64,000 bases of DNA, from positions 806,001 through 870,000 of the forward strand of contig OZ116703.1 in the NCBI GenBank assembly GCA_964199315.1. Direction: 5' to 3'. A program made the position numbers and the translations under genes. Shown here in pieces: positions 1 through 13,000 of this stretch. The stretch comes from Orbicella franksi. Lineage: Eukaryota. Numbering within the stretch: position 1 is the first letter of the stretch; every line of letters starts with the position of its first letter. The notes beneath the pieces are model-generated. The model did not search any database. It had not been told where the DNA came from and worked only from the letters and a program-made list of their open reading frames with translations.

Positions 1-1050
1 CCCGGGCCTCAAGGTGGAAAACAAACGGTAACATCATACGCTGTCTAGTTGCTTCAAAGTATTGATGTCAATTCACAGTCTCGGTTGGTGTGTCTACTGT
101 GATATCCCAATGACTCAGGCGTCCGTCTTGAAACGGAAGGAAAGTGTCAACTTTTTTAAAATTTCATAAACCATTGGTTAATGGCTATGTCACCTCAGAC
201 TATGTTTTATATTCATTTACGTGCTAGTTTCACGTTCTTTCGGCATTTATACTTTTTGCATACGTTGCACGTTTTCCGAAAATTTTCGGAAATTTTAAGA
301 TGGCTCTGAACCCCATGTACAATTGTTGCGTCTTATCCTGTTAATCAAGCTTCGATAGTAAGAAACTGCGGTCACCAAGCTCGTTTTTGAGTTATTAGCA
401 GTTGAAGCTGAAATTAGTAGGTCATACTGTTGCTATGGCAACTTCTTGTGTCTTGCGATTGAGCAGATTTTTGATACGATGCTTGTAGGATCTACAGGTA
501 AAGATAAATGACTCGCCAAGATGAAATTATGGAAATTGCCGAAAACTGTTTTGAGCCACCTTAATTTGACCGCGTGTTGCCATGGAGACAAGCACCAGAT
601 GTAATATTTACGAGGTCACAAAATTAGACTTCAAATTAAAGCTGATACAAACATACGTCATAAAATCAATCTTTATTTGTTATAGATAACCCCAGAATGC
701 GGTAAAACACGATCAACTTTCTTTTAGAAATAACCTTTCGACCATCAGTGCTTTTTCACTGCGTTTTAGCATCAAAGAGCACAGTTGTATTCCATTCGAA
801 TAGTTAATTTAACGTTAGTCTTTTTGGGAAGTGACCACCGTTGGCAAGGAAATGAACTACCTTAAATATTTACATGTGAATCACGTGATCAGTTAAGTTC
901 AATTAAGAAAACAGCGTAAAAATCATACTTTCTCGTTATGGTTTGGAGAAATTTGTGGATTTAAGTACAGCACAACATTTGACCTCTTGATGTAAAATTG
1001 TCATCGTCACCACTTAGGTTGAGAGTCCTTGGATATATAAAAGAGTCAGA

Positions 1051-1416
1051 AGGGAGTTCACGCAACCACAACGGCGACGCCGAGGACAACTTCCATTAAA
1101 AAAATAATTCCTACTGTACTTAATGATTTCATTTGTCCCTTGGTCTGTTCATGATATTCAGTGCCCCCATTAGTGTTGAACTATCCTCAGCGCAACATCT
1201 TTATGTAAAGCTTCATTTCCAAATTCTCCGTCGTGGTTCACGTCCTCCAGAAATCGCATGGAGGTGCGTTATTTCACATTCTTCAGTCTTTCGTGGAGGA
1301 CGGCTAAGAAATGTGCCACAATTTAAAACGCACGTGCACAGCCAGTGTGTTTCTCATTAAAGACTTTGTTTGTCAAAGTTCTCGTTGTCGCTGTCGTCAT
1401 GGTTGCGTTAACTCCG
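1051..1416. mobile_element. MITE-like element with imperfect terminal inverted repeats
   Basis: AGGGAGTTCACGCAACCACAACGGCGAC at the left end versus GTCGCTGTCGTCATGGTTGCGTTAACTCCG at the right end; no coding capacity. Confidence 0.6.
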
Positions 1417-1462
1417 TAGTGCCTCCTGCGTTTCATTGTTATAACGTTGTTGTTGATGTTTA

Positions 1463-4400
1463 CTAGACTTTCTTCGGTGGCTTCAATTTTGTCATAACAT
1501 CGTCTAGTGTTTCACCTGTGTAATATGCAAAGAAGACAAAATGATTTGAAAACGAGGTACACAATTTTTAACATTTCACGATTTATTCCCCAAGTGTTTT
1601 TTTTTTTTTGTATATTACAGTGTTCTTTTGCCAATATAAGCTAAAACTACTTAATCCTATAGATCCTATTCATAAATGGCTGCCAGTTTAAATTCTTTTG
1701 TATGCATTTGAATTAGCCCAACTAACCTCGTTTGACAATAAAAGTTATTTTGAATTATCAACTCAAAAACCAGGTTAGTTGGGCTAATTTTAATACCTAT
1801 AATATAATTTTTGATAGGTAGCCATTTATGAATAGGGTCTATCCTCTTCCATTCTTCATTAATTACTGAAGAAAATTTCAAAATTGTTTTTTCTTCTCTT
1901 TATCATTGTAACTAAGGTATTTCTCTAATGCCCTCTCTAACAAAATTCTATCTAATTCTACCTACTATGATCACAACATTTTTCTAAGTCATAAAGAGAG
2001 AGCTTTTATCCAATGGACGCGTCACTATTCAATGGATAGTTTATCCACTGTGAAACTATACCAGTATAATGGTTTCTCGTATTCAGGTGTTTTTTAACCG
2101 CAAAAAACAACAGGATCCAAGTTAAGTAAGGCCCCTTTGAAATGCCTTTTATGGTCTGGTAACCTTCTAAGCATAGCCCTGACACGCCACAACTGAGAGG
2201 TGTGTCACCTAAAGCACACTATGCAGCTTCTTGCAGTTGTTTTGGTGCTTTCTTTAATGATGCATATATGAAGTAAGAGCTAGTGTTTCATTATCTGCAA
2301 TGTTTGCTATTAGTATCAAAAAAGTAATCTAACATGCTTAGCATGAAAATGAAGGAAAATGACAAAAGGGAATTCTCGTGATAGCCTGATATAAAATTCC
2401 CTCAACGATCGCTAGAGCTGAAGGCTATTAGGAGAACGTTTATGTTGATATTGAGACATCTAATTAAATTAATTGTGCACAGTTTAGTTAAAGGACAATA
2501 AGGAACTTTGTTAAAAGATTCTCAATCTCTGAATTAATTTTGTTCCTTGAGCCTCGGCTTGTGGTCCTTTTGTTCCCTGTCATTAATTAAAAATACGTGA
2601 AATTACTTGGTTTAATTTACATTAGTGATAGTGAATTACAGGGTAAATTCACGTATTTATCGGAGTTTACAGTTTTATTAATTCCTCTTAAATGATCCCA
2701 TTAGGTTATTACTTCCTTCTTCTTTAGGGATCTTCATGGAGAAGCCACCGACGGGTGTATACGTTAAATGGAGAGTTACTGTTATGCGAGAGTTTATGTT
2801 AAGGACGTATATGTGAATATAACGTTACGTCATATGATGCATTGGTATTTTAAACGTTTTGAATGTATAATGATGATAAGCAAACATTCAAAAAATATAT
2901 GACGTGGAGAAACAAAGCAAGGACCAGGGTTAGTCAAAGTTGAAACTTTTAAAAGTTACAAGAGCACAATTGTCATTAAATGCGTTTGATCTGTTATTTA
3001 AATTTCTCCAACACATTCTGGACTAATGCTATGTTACGCAAACAGTTGAAAGAAAATTGTGCACCCATATTATCGTACATTTTTATTACAATGAAATAAT
3101 GACACTCCACTGTGTTTTTTTGCTTTCTTTTTGGGGGTTCTCCTAAAATCTCACAGAATATTGTCGTCCATTTATCTAACATCGTCATTATCATTATTTT
3201 ATTATCAATCGAATGAAACAACCGTAAATTTTCACTTGTTTATTTACATTTTCTCGTTAGTTGACACATGTCTGTTGTGTAACATAGTGAATTTACGAAA
3301 ATAACCCAGATAACAGAGACATGTCAGGTAACCATGGCAACGGAAAGTTCTCATTTTATACCTTTAGGTAGCCCTGATTTCTTTATGTTCTTGTCTGAAA
3401 GGGAACATGTCAAATGAACTCATGAAATAAATATCACTATTGGCAACTTTGGCTTCAAAATTGTCTTTATTTCCAAGACAGGATTCAAACACCTTATTCA
3501 TTAAGTATACGCGCGGCAAATACTTATTATGATTTCTTATCCTGAGTTCTTGAAACAATCTTCAAAGCATACTGAGTTATCTGTTAAACTTTTAGTCTTT
3601 AAAAAAATGAAAGAAATGACATTTTATGAGACTTAATAAATTAAATTTTATGCTTACCTTTCGTTATATAACCGACATTTTCTAATTTACTGAACTCTGA
3701 AAAAAGAACACAAAGATTTTCATGAGAAAAAAAAATCATTTCCCTTCCTCATGAGTATCTCTTTGAATTTTTTAACACTTTTCCCACAAAATAAATTTCA
3801 TAAAAAAAACTCTAAAAACATATTGCAATCTAATATTTACTTTTAACACATGCTTTGTTCTAACAACATTTTTGCTTGCTTAATTGCTTTCATACCATTG
3901 TTTTGTTTTAGTAAAGAGGTTTTCTTCGTTTTGGAAACATCTCTTCTTGTCATCTTTAATCCTGGTGTCTTTGACCTTCTATACACTGAAGTCGAAAAAA
4001 GTCACGTGGTTAAACGCAACTCCTCCTGGCGAGCATGCGCTATTATCTAACAACGTAAAGTCGTAAGGCCCTTCACTCTCAGTCAGTTTGTGCGATACAA
4101 AACCTCGCCTTCAAATTGAAGTATAAGTCTCAGAATAACTCAACTTAAGGCAGTAGAAAACAAAAAAGATATTATAATTGGATTGGTATACTACTGTAAC
4201 TACTGAAGATTTTTACCGAGTTTTAAATAAAATGAATAATGATGATGAGGAGGAGGAGGATGAGGATGATGATTTGACGATAATGAAGATGATGTAAACA
4301 AATGAGGAATAAGGATGGTTTAGATTAATTGAAGGCGACCGTGATGGATAAAGAGCAGCGAATTTGAAATATAATGCTATATGTTTTAAAATACAGCTTA

Positions 4401-7400
4401 CACGACGCAGCTCCTGTAGGTAACAAGCGTACAGTTCTAAATTCACAATCTTACCGTTCAGAATTCGCTGTGTTCTAGATGGCCTTTTAAAAAACTGGCC
4501 TCTATTCTTCAATACTCGATATCTATCGATTGTTCGAGGCCGTAGATATTGTCCTCCAATCCCATGAAACCTCAAGTCCCCTGCAGAGCAGAAAATGATT
4601 TGAATTTGGTTGATGGTTTTCGTAGACAACACAATAAGTCTAAACAGATGCTGATCATTGCAGGCAAGCTCCTATGTTCCAACGTTGCTTTGGAGTGGAG
4701 AGTAATGACATCACAGTTCAAAGTAATTTGTTTCTAGGTGGCATTATGTAACTTCAAATTTTATGACCAGAATTGTAACTGACTCACCTTCACTGGAAGG
4801 AAGAACATTTTGTTTCGCTATTGTCCTTGTTTCTAAATCAGGTGAGAGTTCTTCGTTTTCTTTTAATGAAAATGAAAACAGTTGTAGAGAAATAAGCCTC
4901 GTTAAGTAGCGTGTATTACTTAAGAAGCTTGCGCTTGAAAGGTACTTCAGCCCCTCCAAAGATAAATATATGTTTTTTAAGTTGTAGCAAGAGACGTTAT
5001 CCTGCCAAATGTTATTTCCTGTTTCCACAAAAGCAAAACTAAGGGCCTCTTATGGGTTTGGGGAGCAAGGGAACCAAATTATTCATTTCATGGCAGCAAG
5101 GGATAATGTTGGAGTATTTCATGGAACAAAGATCATCTTTGCTAGTAATGGGAACTTCCTGGGAAGATTTTAAGGAACAATTTAACTTATTCATAGGGAA
5201 AAGGGGGCAAAGTAAGGCAAAAAGGAACTTATATATCCCCGGGAGGCCACAAAAATATCCTCTGCTGTGTCTATAACTCAGTGGTTGCCTTAACAGTGAC
5301 ATCATTTAGGATTACATGGGCTGATTTTTGAAGTATTTTTGATAGACAACCTCCTTGTTGGACTCTTCCTTCGGCAACGCAGACAACAAGATTTTTAAAT
5401 AGCATCGCCTGACAAACATTAAACATACCAAGAGGTTGTTGCAATCCCCACGTATTTGACCTAAAGGGGCCACTGGTTTCCTCAGAAAAATATCTACTAC
5501 CTTCACTATCGGTAACTGTGGTAAAGAAATGAAAGAAATGTGCTAATTAGAGAACGCTTAACAGTGGGATAGCTATTTCTGATTAAAATCACTTTTTCTA
5601 TATTCGTAGGAAAATCTTCTTCTTTACTTCCGTAACCAGGAAATAAATTGTTCTTTCCCTCACAGTCATATTGTTTTCGATCCCGAATTCTTTATTTCCC
5701 CCTTCTTGTGACGTAACAAACAGAGAAATTAAGCATACCTTCAGAATCAGCCACCGTGCTCTTTTTATGTGATACTGGCACTTGAAAAAGAAAAGGAATT
5801 CAGCTTAATAACAAAATAGTGAACAAAGAAGGCACTACCTTCTCCTCCCGCCAAACCTACTCCCTTCCCCTTCCCTCACCCCACACCTTACACTCTTCAA
5901 AAGAAGAGATAGTCATTCTTAATACAGGATATGGGTATTATATGCGGCTTACCTTGCTTATGAGTGTAATAAATTGGTAATTCAGCTCCAACAGGCAAAG
6001 AGAAGAACACTGAAACATAAATTATCATAATCATAGTACATTAAACGTCAATGAAAATCATAAATTCGTGCGTATTGAGAATAAAAACAAACAAAAAATT
6101 CAAGACAGAAGATGACTTACTTTTTTGAATTAAATTTTTCTTTTTGTTTGGTTTTCTTCCTACAAATAAAAATAACTAGTTGTCGAGAAGAAAGTATTAA
6201 GCCCTCCAGGAAAGAATTTACAACGATAGCTGACACTCATGGTACAACATTGTCAGTTATTATCCGACTGCAGCGAATATCGTCCAAATAACAGTACAAA
6301 TATAGAGCGATATTGTACAGTTATTTGTACAGTAGCAAACCTGTTTGCCGGACTGGTCGGCGCGCGCACGCAAAACTGTCACACTCTTCCTCTTTCACTG
6401 ATAAATCTATTGACTACAGCAGTTGGATAATAAATCTCTTAATAGGTGTTTTGGTGTGTAGTATCGCAGTATATTTTCACTTGTTGTTTGTATTTTGACT
6501 CGTTCAAAATACGGCACAACACGTAAAAATACAGAGCGATACTACACACCAAAACATCTAATAAGATATATATATTTTCTTCCCCCAACCGTAACTACTG
6601 AAAGGCGAAGTAATTGTAACAAGCTAGCAATACCCTTATGCCTGACTGTCTCACAGCTTCAATCATAAAATATAACTCTGACAGTGAACTCACCTTGTGC
6701 TATGCTGGTACGTGGTCCAACATAGACATGTTTCACCACATGCACTCTTGGGTGCGGGTAAGGTACTGTACAAAAACAACAAAGTACCAAAGCGCGTCAA
6801 CTTCAACGACGATGTGAAACGTATTGTTATTATCTTCAACTTACTAGCTTGCTGTCGACGGTAACTCAGAGAAGTAATAGCTTTAATCAGTAAGTGTTAC
6901 TCGTTCCTTCATTCTATTAAGAATACAGCAAATGCGAAAACGTGCAACGCCCAAGTATTCCCAAATCCCATAACAGGTTTCAGCAGCAGCAAAAGCCCTT
7001 GAGTTCGTTTTCCTTGCTGTGTATTAAGGGACAGAGAACGGTTAAATTAAACACTTTGCAAATTACATAAACTTTCTATACTTACTTTCTCCTCTCTTCT
7101 TGTAAGCCGCAACATCTTCTGGTGGAGGGGTGGGGACAACTGTCACAGAGTAAAGCATAACTCAAATTTTCGAAAAAAATTAACATTATTATTCTGATTA
7201 GGAAAAAATTACTCTGATGAGCAAATGACGTTTGTAAACGTCGACTGTCAACATATGACCCATTGCCTTGTAAGCAAATCATTGCCTCATCGTAAAGGAT
7301 AGAAACTATTTTTTTTTCTTTATTTTTTGTAAACAGTTTAAAAATTTCATTTATTTCCCAAAAAAATTATCTGAAAAAAAGTTAACGTAAAACAAGATGT

Positions 7401-7678
7401 GTATTCTATGTAAGCCTACCTGATCTGTCCCTCCAAGTAGGCGAGTCTTTCCACGAGACCATTCCGTGCGCACCTTTGACGAACACTTGGACTACGAGTT
7501 AAATCACACAAATGCAAGTTTTAAGACGGAGAACATTTTCCTTTTATCCGCGTCAAAACCATTTCAACCAGAAGCAAATATGCTCCTGTTTCAGCCAGAT
7601 CTATTTATGCTTACCTGCATAACAAAACCCGCAGCTCCAAATCAAGAAGAAAGCAGCTACGTTAGAAATTCTAGCCAT
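1463..7678 (-). CDS. Gene A: orphan secreted basic protein (~289 aa) encoded by a micro-exon gene
   Basis: Manually assembled GT-AG exons: 7615-7678 (signal peptide MARISNVAAFFLIWSCGFCYA), 7420-7491, 7086-7139, 6694-6765, 6121-6159, 5953-5985, 5739-5780, 5501-5515, 4788-4859, 4455-4580, 3896-3985, 3658-3696, 3362-3394, 2713-2778 and terminal 1463-1515 (ETLDDVMTKLKPPKKV*). All 13 internal exons are multiples of 3, phase 1-1 and stop-free. Weaker symmetric candidates: 6845-6880, 3104-3142, 2164-2208. Confidence 0.72.
6439..6564. repeat. Foldback/inverted repeat in a gene A intron
   Basis: TTAATAGGTGTTTTGGTGTGTAGTATCGC versus GCGATACTACACACCAAAACATCTAATAA. Confidence 0.7.
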
Positions 7679-9616
7679 TTTGGACAGTGGGACGAGAACT
7701 ATAAAAAAATAAAAAATACAATATGTTACAAAAAGACTGCTAAACGCGAAAGCACGTATATACGCACACGTTAAACAGTAGAGCACCTTGCGTCACTACA
7801 GTGTAGAGGAAAAGACACTTTAACTCCAAATGACACACAAATTATTTTCCAACAATGCACCACTCAGCTAAGCTTCAATACTGTCACTTTAGTTGGTGGA
7901 GTAATAATCCCGTGATTATTCGCGTGTCTAAGAGAAGACAATTTATGCATTGTTTTCTTTTCCTGACTTGTATGTTTGATATCTCCAAATTAAAAAGAGG
8001 AAAATAACGTTAATCACAGCTAGACTTTCTGGAACAGTTAACAAACATGATTCCAATTAAAATTAGGTCTTCTGTAAAGTTATCAAACTCCATTCTGCTG
8101 AGATAAACAGGCATATAACAACCAGCTGATTATTTCCAAGGCCACTGCCAACATTAAACAAGAAAATTGTTACACGGTAAATACTTTCTCTCGGTGGATA
8201 CGAGAAATGTGCGACAATCTGTTAGATGAGTTTGTATTTGCAAGTGAGTCGACTGTGATCTAAATGCACGTCTTTAGCGATCTTCCACAGTCATCGCACA
8301 GGAAGATGAAATGTTTTTCAATGGCGGGCGAAACAGAGACTTTTCACTAAATTTCCCACTGTCTTTTGTATGATGGTGCTAATATATCAGGAGTTATCTA
8401 TATTCAGTCTGTCTTCATTGAATGACATTCAACTCGTGCAACGCTTCACATCCCGCAATACCACGATCATTCATGCATGAATAATGTTTGCTGGTAAAGA
8501 AAGCAACGTGAAACTTCCCGATCAATGTGGAATTTTAACAACAGGATTTCTCCAAACTAAACCTAACATCTCAAATTCTAACGTTACCTCTATAAAACAA
8601 AACTTAACAACACAGAAAAGCTCCAAAAACATTACCAAATCTTCATCGGTTTAAACAGGTTTCAGTAAGCCAAAACAAATAAACGAGAAAAAACTTTACA
8701 AAATTCCTGGTTAACATTTAAAGAGAATATATATACCTTTTGTTCAAGGTTTCTCTTTTGACTGATTCCAGTTATGCTTCGGATTTGCGGCTACGCCATG
8801 TTAATTGCCTCGTCTTTTTCCGTCGCGTTTCTCGATTTTTCGGTGAAAAACGCTTTCAAGAATGGTGACCTGTGATGTCATGTCTTCAAGTCCACTAATC
8901 CCACCTGCCCTTGAGGTCAGGTAGTTTTGATTAAAACTGTTCGGCGGTCAATAGCGACACCGGGAAACCAGTGTAGACAAAGTTGCTATGGTACCGTGAT
9001 CAAAATCAACAAAGAACACACCCTACTTCGCGAGCTGCTTATTGTGGTTTTATTTTCATTTGAACACAAAGAATTAAACCCTTAAAATATGTCTCTTGTG
9101 CACAAGAGCATTTTTAATTTAAATTAGAGATATTTATCGCGAGTAAGGATAGTCGAGATCCATTCCTTTCTAAACACAGACAGGCACGGTGGCCTGTGAA
9201 GGTTATCGCACGTGGAAATTTAGATCTGGAATGACGATTTTCGAGAACTAATTAATTTTTTTTGTTTGTTTCTTTGGTAAACACTTATTACTTTCACTCA
9301 AAGGGCATCTCTCTTCCCCAGTCTCTGAGCTCAGAGTCCAGGTACGTTGTAAGCCGCCAGCATACAAAAAACTGCTGGGAAGAATCCTAACAACTCACCA
9401 ACGATAATTCAAGTTGCTTAATTCCATGGAACTGTTCTACATCAGAGATATTATGAAAATCTCCTTTATATAACATGTCGAATTATTCTCAAATTTTGAT
9501 TGGTTGTTACTTGTGATTTATCGGAGGACAGACGCGTAGGTGACGTCAGTAACAGTTTTTGTTGTTGTTGTTGCTTTATTATATAAAAAAAATAAATAAA
9601 TAAATTACACGATTCA

Positions 9617-9722
9617 GTGCGTCTGTTCAGTAATAGATCACAGATGACGTAAAAATGTGGTAAGAACATCAGTGACATACTTGCCTGACGGCTCGTGTGC
9701 CACTTTTTTGTTCTTACCACAT
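9617..9722. repeat. Short interspersed palindromic repeat
   Basis: AAATGTGGTAAGAACA ... TGTTCTTACCACATTT inverted pair. Confidence 0.55.
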
Positions 9723-10053
9723 TTATTTGTTAAGTTCTATTTGTTAAGTTCAAAACCTAGCGCGATTTCTCTAGTGAACGTGGATTATAGTTACAAATAA
9801 GCAATAAAGAATGCTGTCTAGATTTTAGACAGATTTATGTGTTATTCTATACTGTCTATAAAATCCTGCAAGCTTCTCACTTAAACATAATGTTTTACTT
9901 TAAGTTCTAAGATACAAAACGGAACAAAAAGCATCCATTATAGAACATGTTTGCGTGTAAACCATGGTCACAAAAACAGCAGTCAAGTTTCAAGTTTAAG
10001 TTCTTCTGGTTCATTGGTTTATAAATGTTCAACAATTCATTTCCTTGCTGTTA

Positions 10054-13000
10054 TCAAACATTAGCCAACAGGTCCTTGTAAATGATCTCCGCCATACGCT
10101 CATATCCTGCCGGTTTCATGTGCAGTCCCACTTCCCACATCATTTTTCGTTCGTCAATACTCAAAGAATACCTCGGAAATTTCACCGCCAGGTCGCAAAG
10201 GATAGTAAACTCATTCGATCTGGCATAATATCTTAACTTTTCATTGATGTATTTTCTTTCCAAATGCGTGTGAAGACAAGCTGGTCTTTTAGATTCTTCG
10301 CAGTCCATTTCAGGAATGGTGACTGCTACTGTTTTCGCGCCATGACGATGTGAAGTTATGTGGAGGTTGATGATGCGCTCGACCGCTGTGTCCCAGTCCT
10401 TTCTGTAAGGAGTTTTGCTGTTATGAGCGATGTCGTTTGTACCGGCCAGGATAATAACCCAGGAGTATTTAAATTTTGCTGTTGAAACAAAAGGTAAAGG
10501 TGTTAACTAAGTCCATGCACAGTGTAAGAAAGCTATTAGGTAAAACTCATTCATCATTCCTTATTATCACAAACAGGACTGACATTTACGAGCACAAGAA
10601 AAATGTGCAAAGCTTTAATTTTGCTTAAAATTTGTCTCTGCATTTTGTTGGAATTTTTAGAAATTTTTGGCTAATATTCTGAATTACGCGCACTAAATAA
10701 ATTGCTTACATGCGCAGGTATTTTTCCAATCCGCCTCAAGTCATCCTTTTACAGGTTTGGGTCCCGTATAAAAAGAACGGGGCGGCTCGTTGTACCTTTT
10801 AGGGGTTATGAAAGCGGTTTTGGCACCTCTCAGGTGTTCACCCTCAAAAGGTCCACAGTGGGAGATTTTGAGGTATCTTTTAGGGTATTGAGCCGAAAAA
10901 ATATAACAGGATATCATGATCTGACAACTAAATTTACGAGTAGAGGCTATTCAAAGTAATCGTCTTTATCGTGTTGTTCTAGAAATGGTACCTCTTAGGG
11001 GTGAAAAAAATTCAAGGCACGCCCACAAAACAAGATTTTGGTACTTTTGACGAGTTTTTTCGAAATTTCTCACGAGTGCTCCCGTCCTTTTTATATAGTA
11101 GTTCCCCAGGGATAAAACAACATCTAACACTATTTAAAATAACATATACCATCTCGCAGATGATTTTGAAGCCTAGTGGACATTTCGGCTGCTTCAGTGC
11201 CATCTTTCGCTATTGTTGTCAAGGTATAACACCTGTGAATGTCCTTGTTTAACAGATACTCCAGTGTCTGGGCGTAAGGGGTGTGGCTCTTGTCATCACC
11301 ATGGAAACCGTTTGTGAGGCTATCACCGAAGGCGAGAATGCGGAATACCTCCACTCCTGCAAGAGGTGTTCAAAAAGACAATTTACAAAACGGTCTGCGT
11401 AAAACGAAGACTGCGGACTGCGGACTGCGGACTGCAGACTGCAGGCTCCAGACTCTAGACCGGGGGTAAAATACAGACTGCAGACTACAGACTTTTTAGT
11501 GTATATCGCTATCGCGGTAATATTTCCATTATCGGGTGCTGACCGTAAACCGGATTATTCAGGCTAATCGTAGTGAGAGTCTGCACTCCGGTTAGCCTGA
11601 ATATCACTCAGGTTAGCCTGTTTACGGTTAGCTCTAAATGATGGAAATGGTAGCACGATTCAGTTAAAAAGTCTGCAGTCTGCAGTCTGCAGTCTGCATT
11701 TTACCCTTACACTCCCCGATTTACAAAAATTAATACACTGCGTGAATTTTCATCATGAACGATAAACTAAAGAAATCATAATCGAAAACATTACCTGTTC
11801 TAATTTCACAAATATACCCAGCCTTGGGCTCACTGCATGTTACCATGTGAACGCCATCTTTGGAAAGAGCTCCGCAGTTTTTGTCACCTAGCTCATCTTT
11901 CACGTGGACGTCACGTGTGTAAGGCACGTCATCGATCCATGTCCAGTTTTCGCTCTTCTTCTTCAGGCCGATATAAAAATACTTTTTTCTTCGTTTCGAC
12001 GACGAAATCTTGCGTTGTAGAAATCTTAACTCTTTATCTGTTTTAGGCATTGCTAGCAGACCGTTTTCATCGTTACACTTTAGGGGAAATTCCTCCCATT
12101 TTCCGTTTGATTTGGGTACAAATAAATAACAAAATTCCTCGAATGGCAACCATCCAGAAGGACATTTGTCCCTGTAGTCTATAAGAAAAAAATGCCGGAA
12201 ACGAATTAAATTAAATTGAAAGCTAAGGAAACACTTAACATAGTTAAAAAAAAAAAGAGTTTTCCTCGCAAGCCTTAAAATTTGGTAAATGGCTCTGAAA
12301 CTCTTGACCCGAATGGCCAAAGCCTTATCCACGTTGACGTTCTGTTTATTCCATGTGCTCTTTGGCAGAACTACCCTTCCAGTCATAACAAGGTGACACA
12401 AACAAAACATGAATTCACAATCAACTAGGGCCATCCTTTCTTTGTTGTCCTACAACGTCTATATCTGTTTTCGTTCAGAGACCTTGATACTAAAGCATAT
12501 TTTAGATCGTAGTCTCCTCGATTCTTATACATTGAAAGATAGAAATGTACCATCGAGGATTCGGGTCGCAAAACGTTTACAGTGTAGACATTGAAAACAA
12601 ATGTGTTACCTGCTTTTCCCATTCTCTCGCATTTCTTTACTGTCTCTTTGTCTTGAGCACCAAAGATACCTGATAAGAGTTAAGTACAGTTATTGAACAC
12701 AAGGGAACAAAACAAAACAGTACGAAAAAGTCAAAGACCCCTTTTAAACTTGGTAAATTGAGATCACCTGCATGGGTCTTGTTCTTTGTTGATGGGGAAA
12801 CCTTGTGTATCTTCTTAGCATGTTTCTGTTTACCATGGCTTTCGTGTAAAGGCAGATAATTATCTCCACTTCCAGACCCTTCCCCACTACCTGAAGACGA
12901 TGACTGGTACACGTCCTGAGAACGGAATTTCCAATGAGGAATAGTCGTTCTTTTGTAGCTACTTAACGTAGTTACCTTTCGAAAATCTCGCATTTTTGTT

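Noticed and set aside
7207-7250. CTGATGA...AAACGTC hammerhead-like string
   Set aside because: Lacks GAAA and a stem I partner; too degenerate to call.
7440-7774. Plus-strand ORF with a GIY-YIG-like look (VGES...RTFDEHL)
   Set aside because: It is the antisense of gene A exons 1-2, and the resemblance needs frameshifts.
8784-9430. Possible small minus-strand gene (EKRDGKRRGN*, TATA near 9468)
   Set aside because: No consistent ATG, signal and splice chain could be built.
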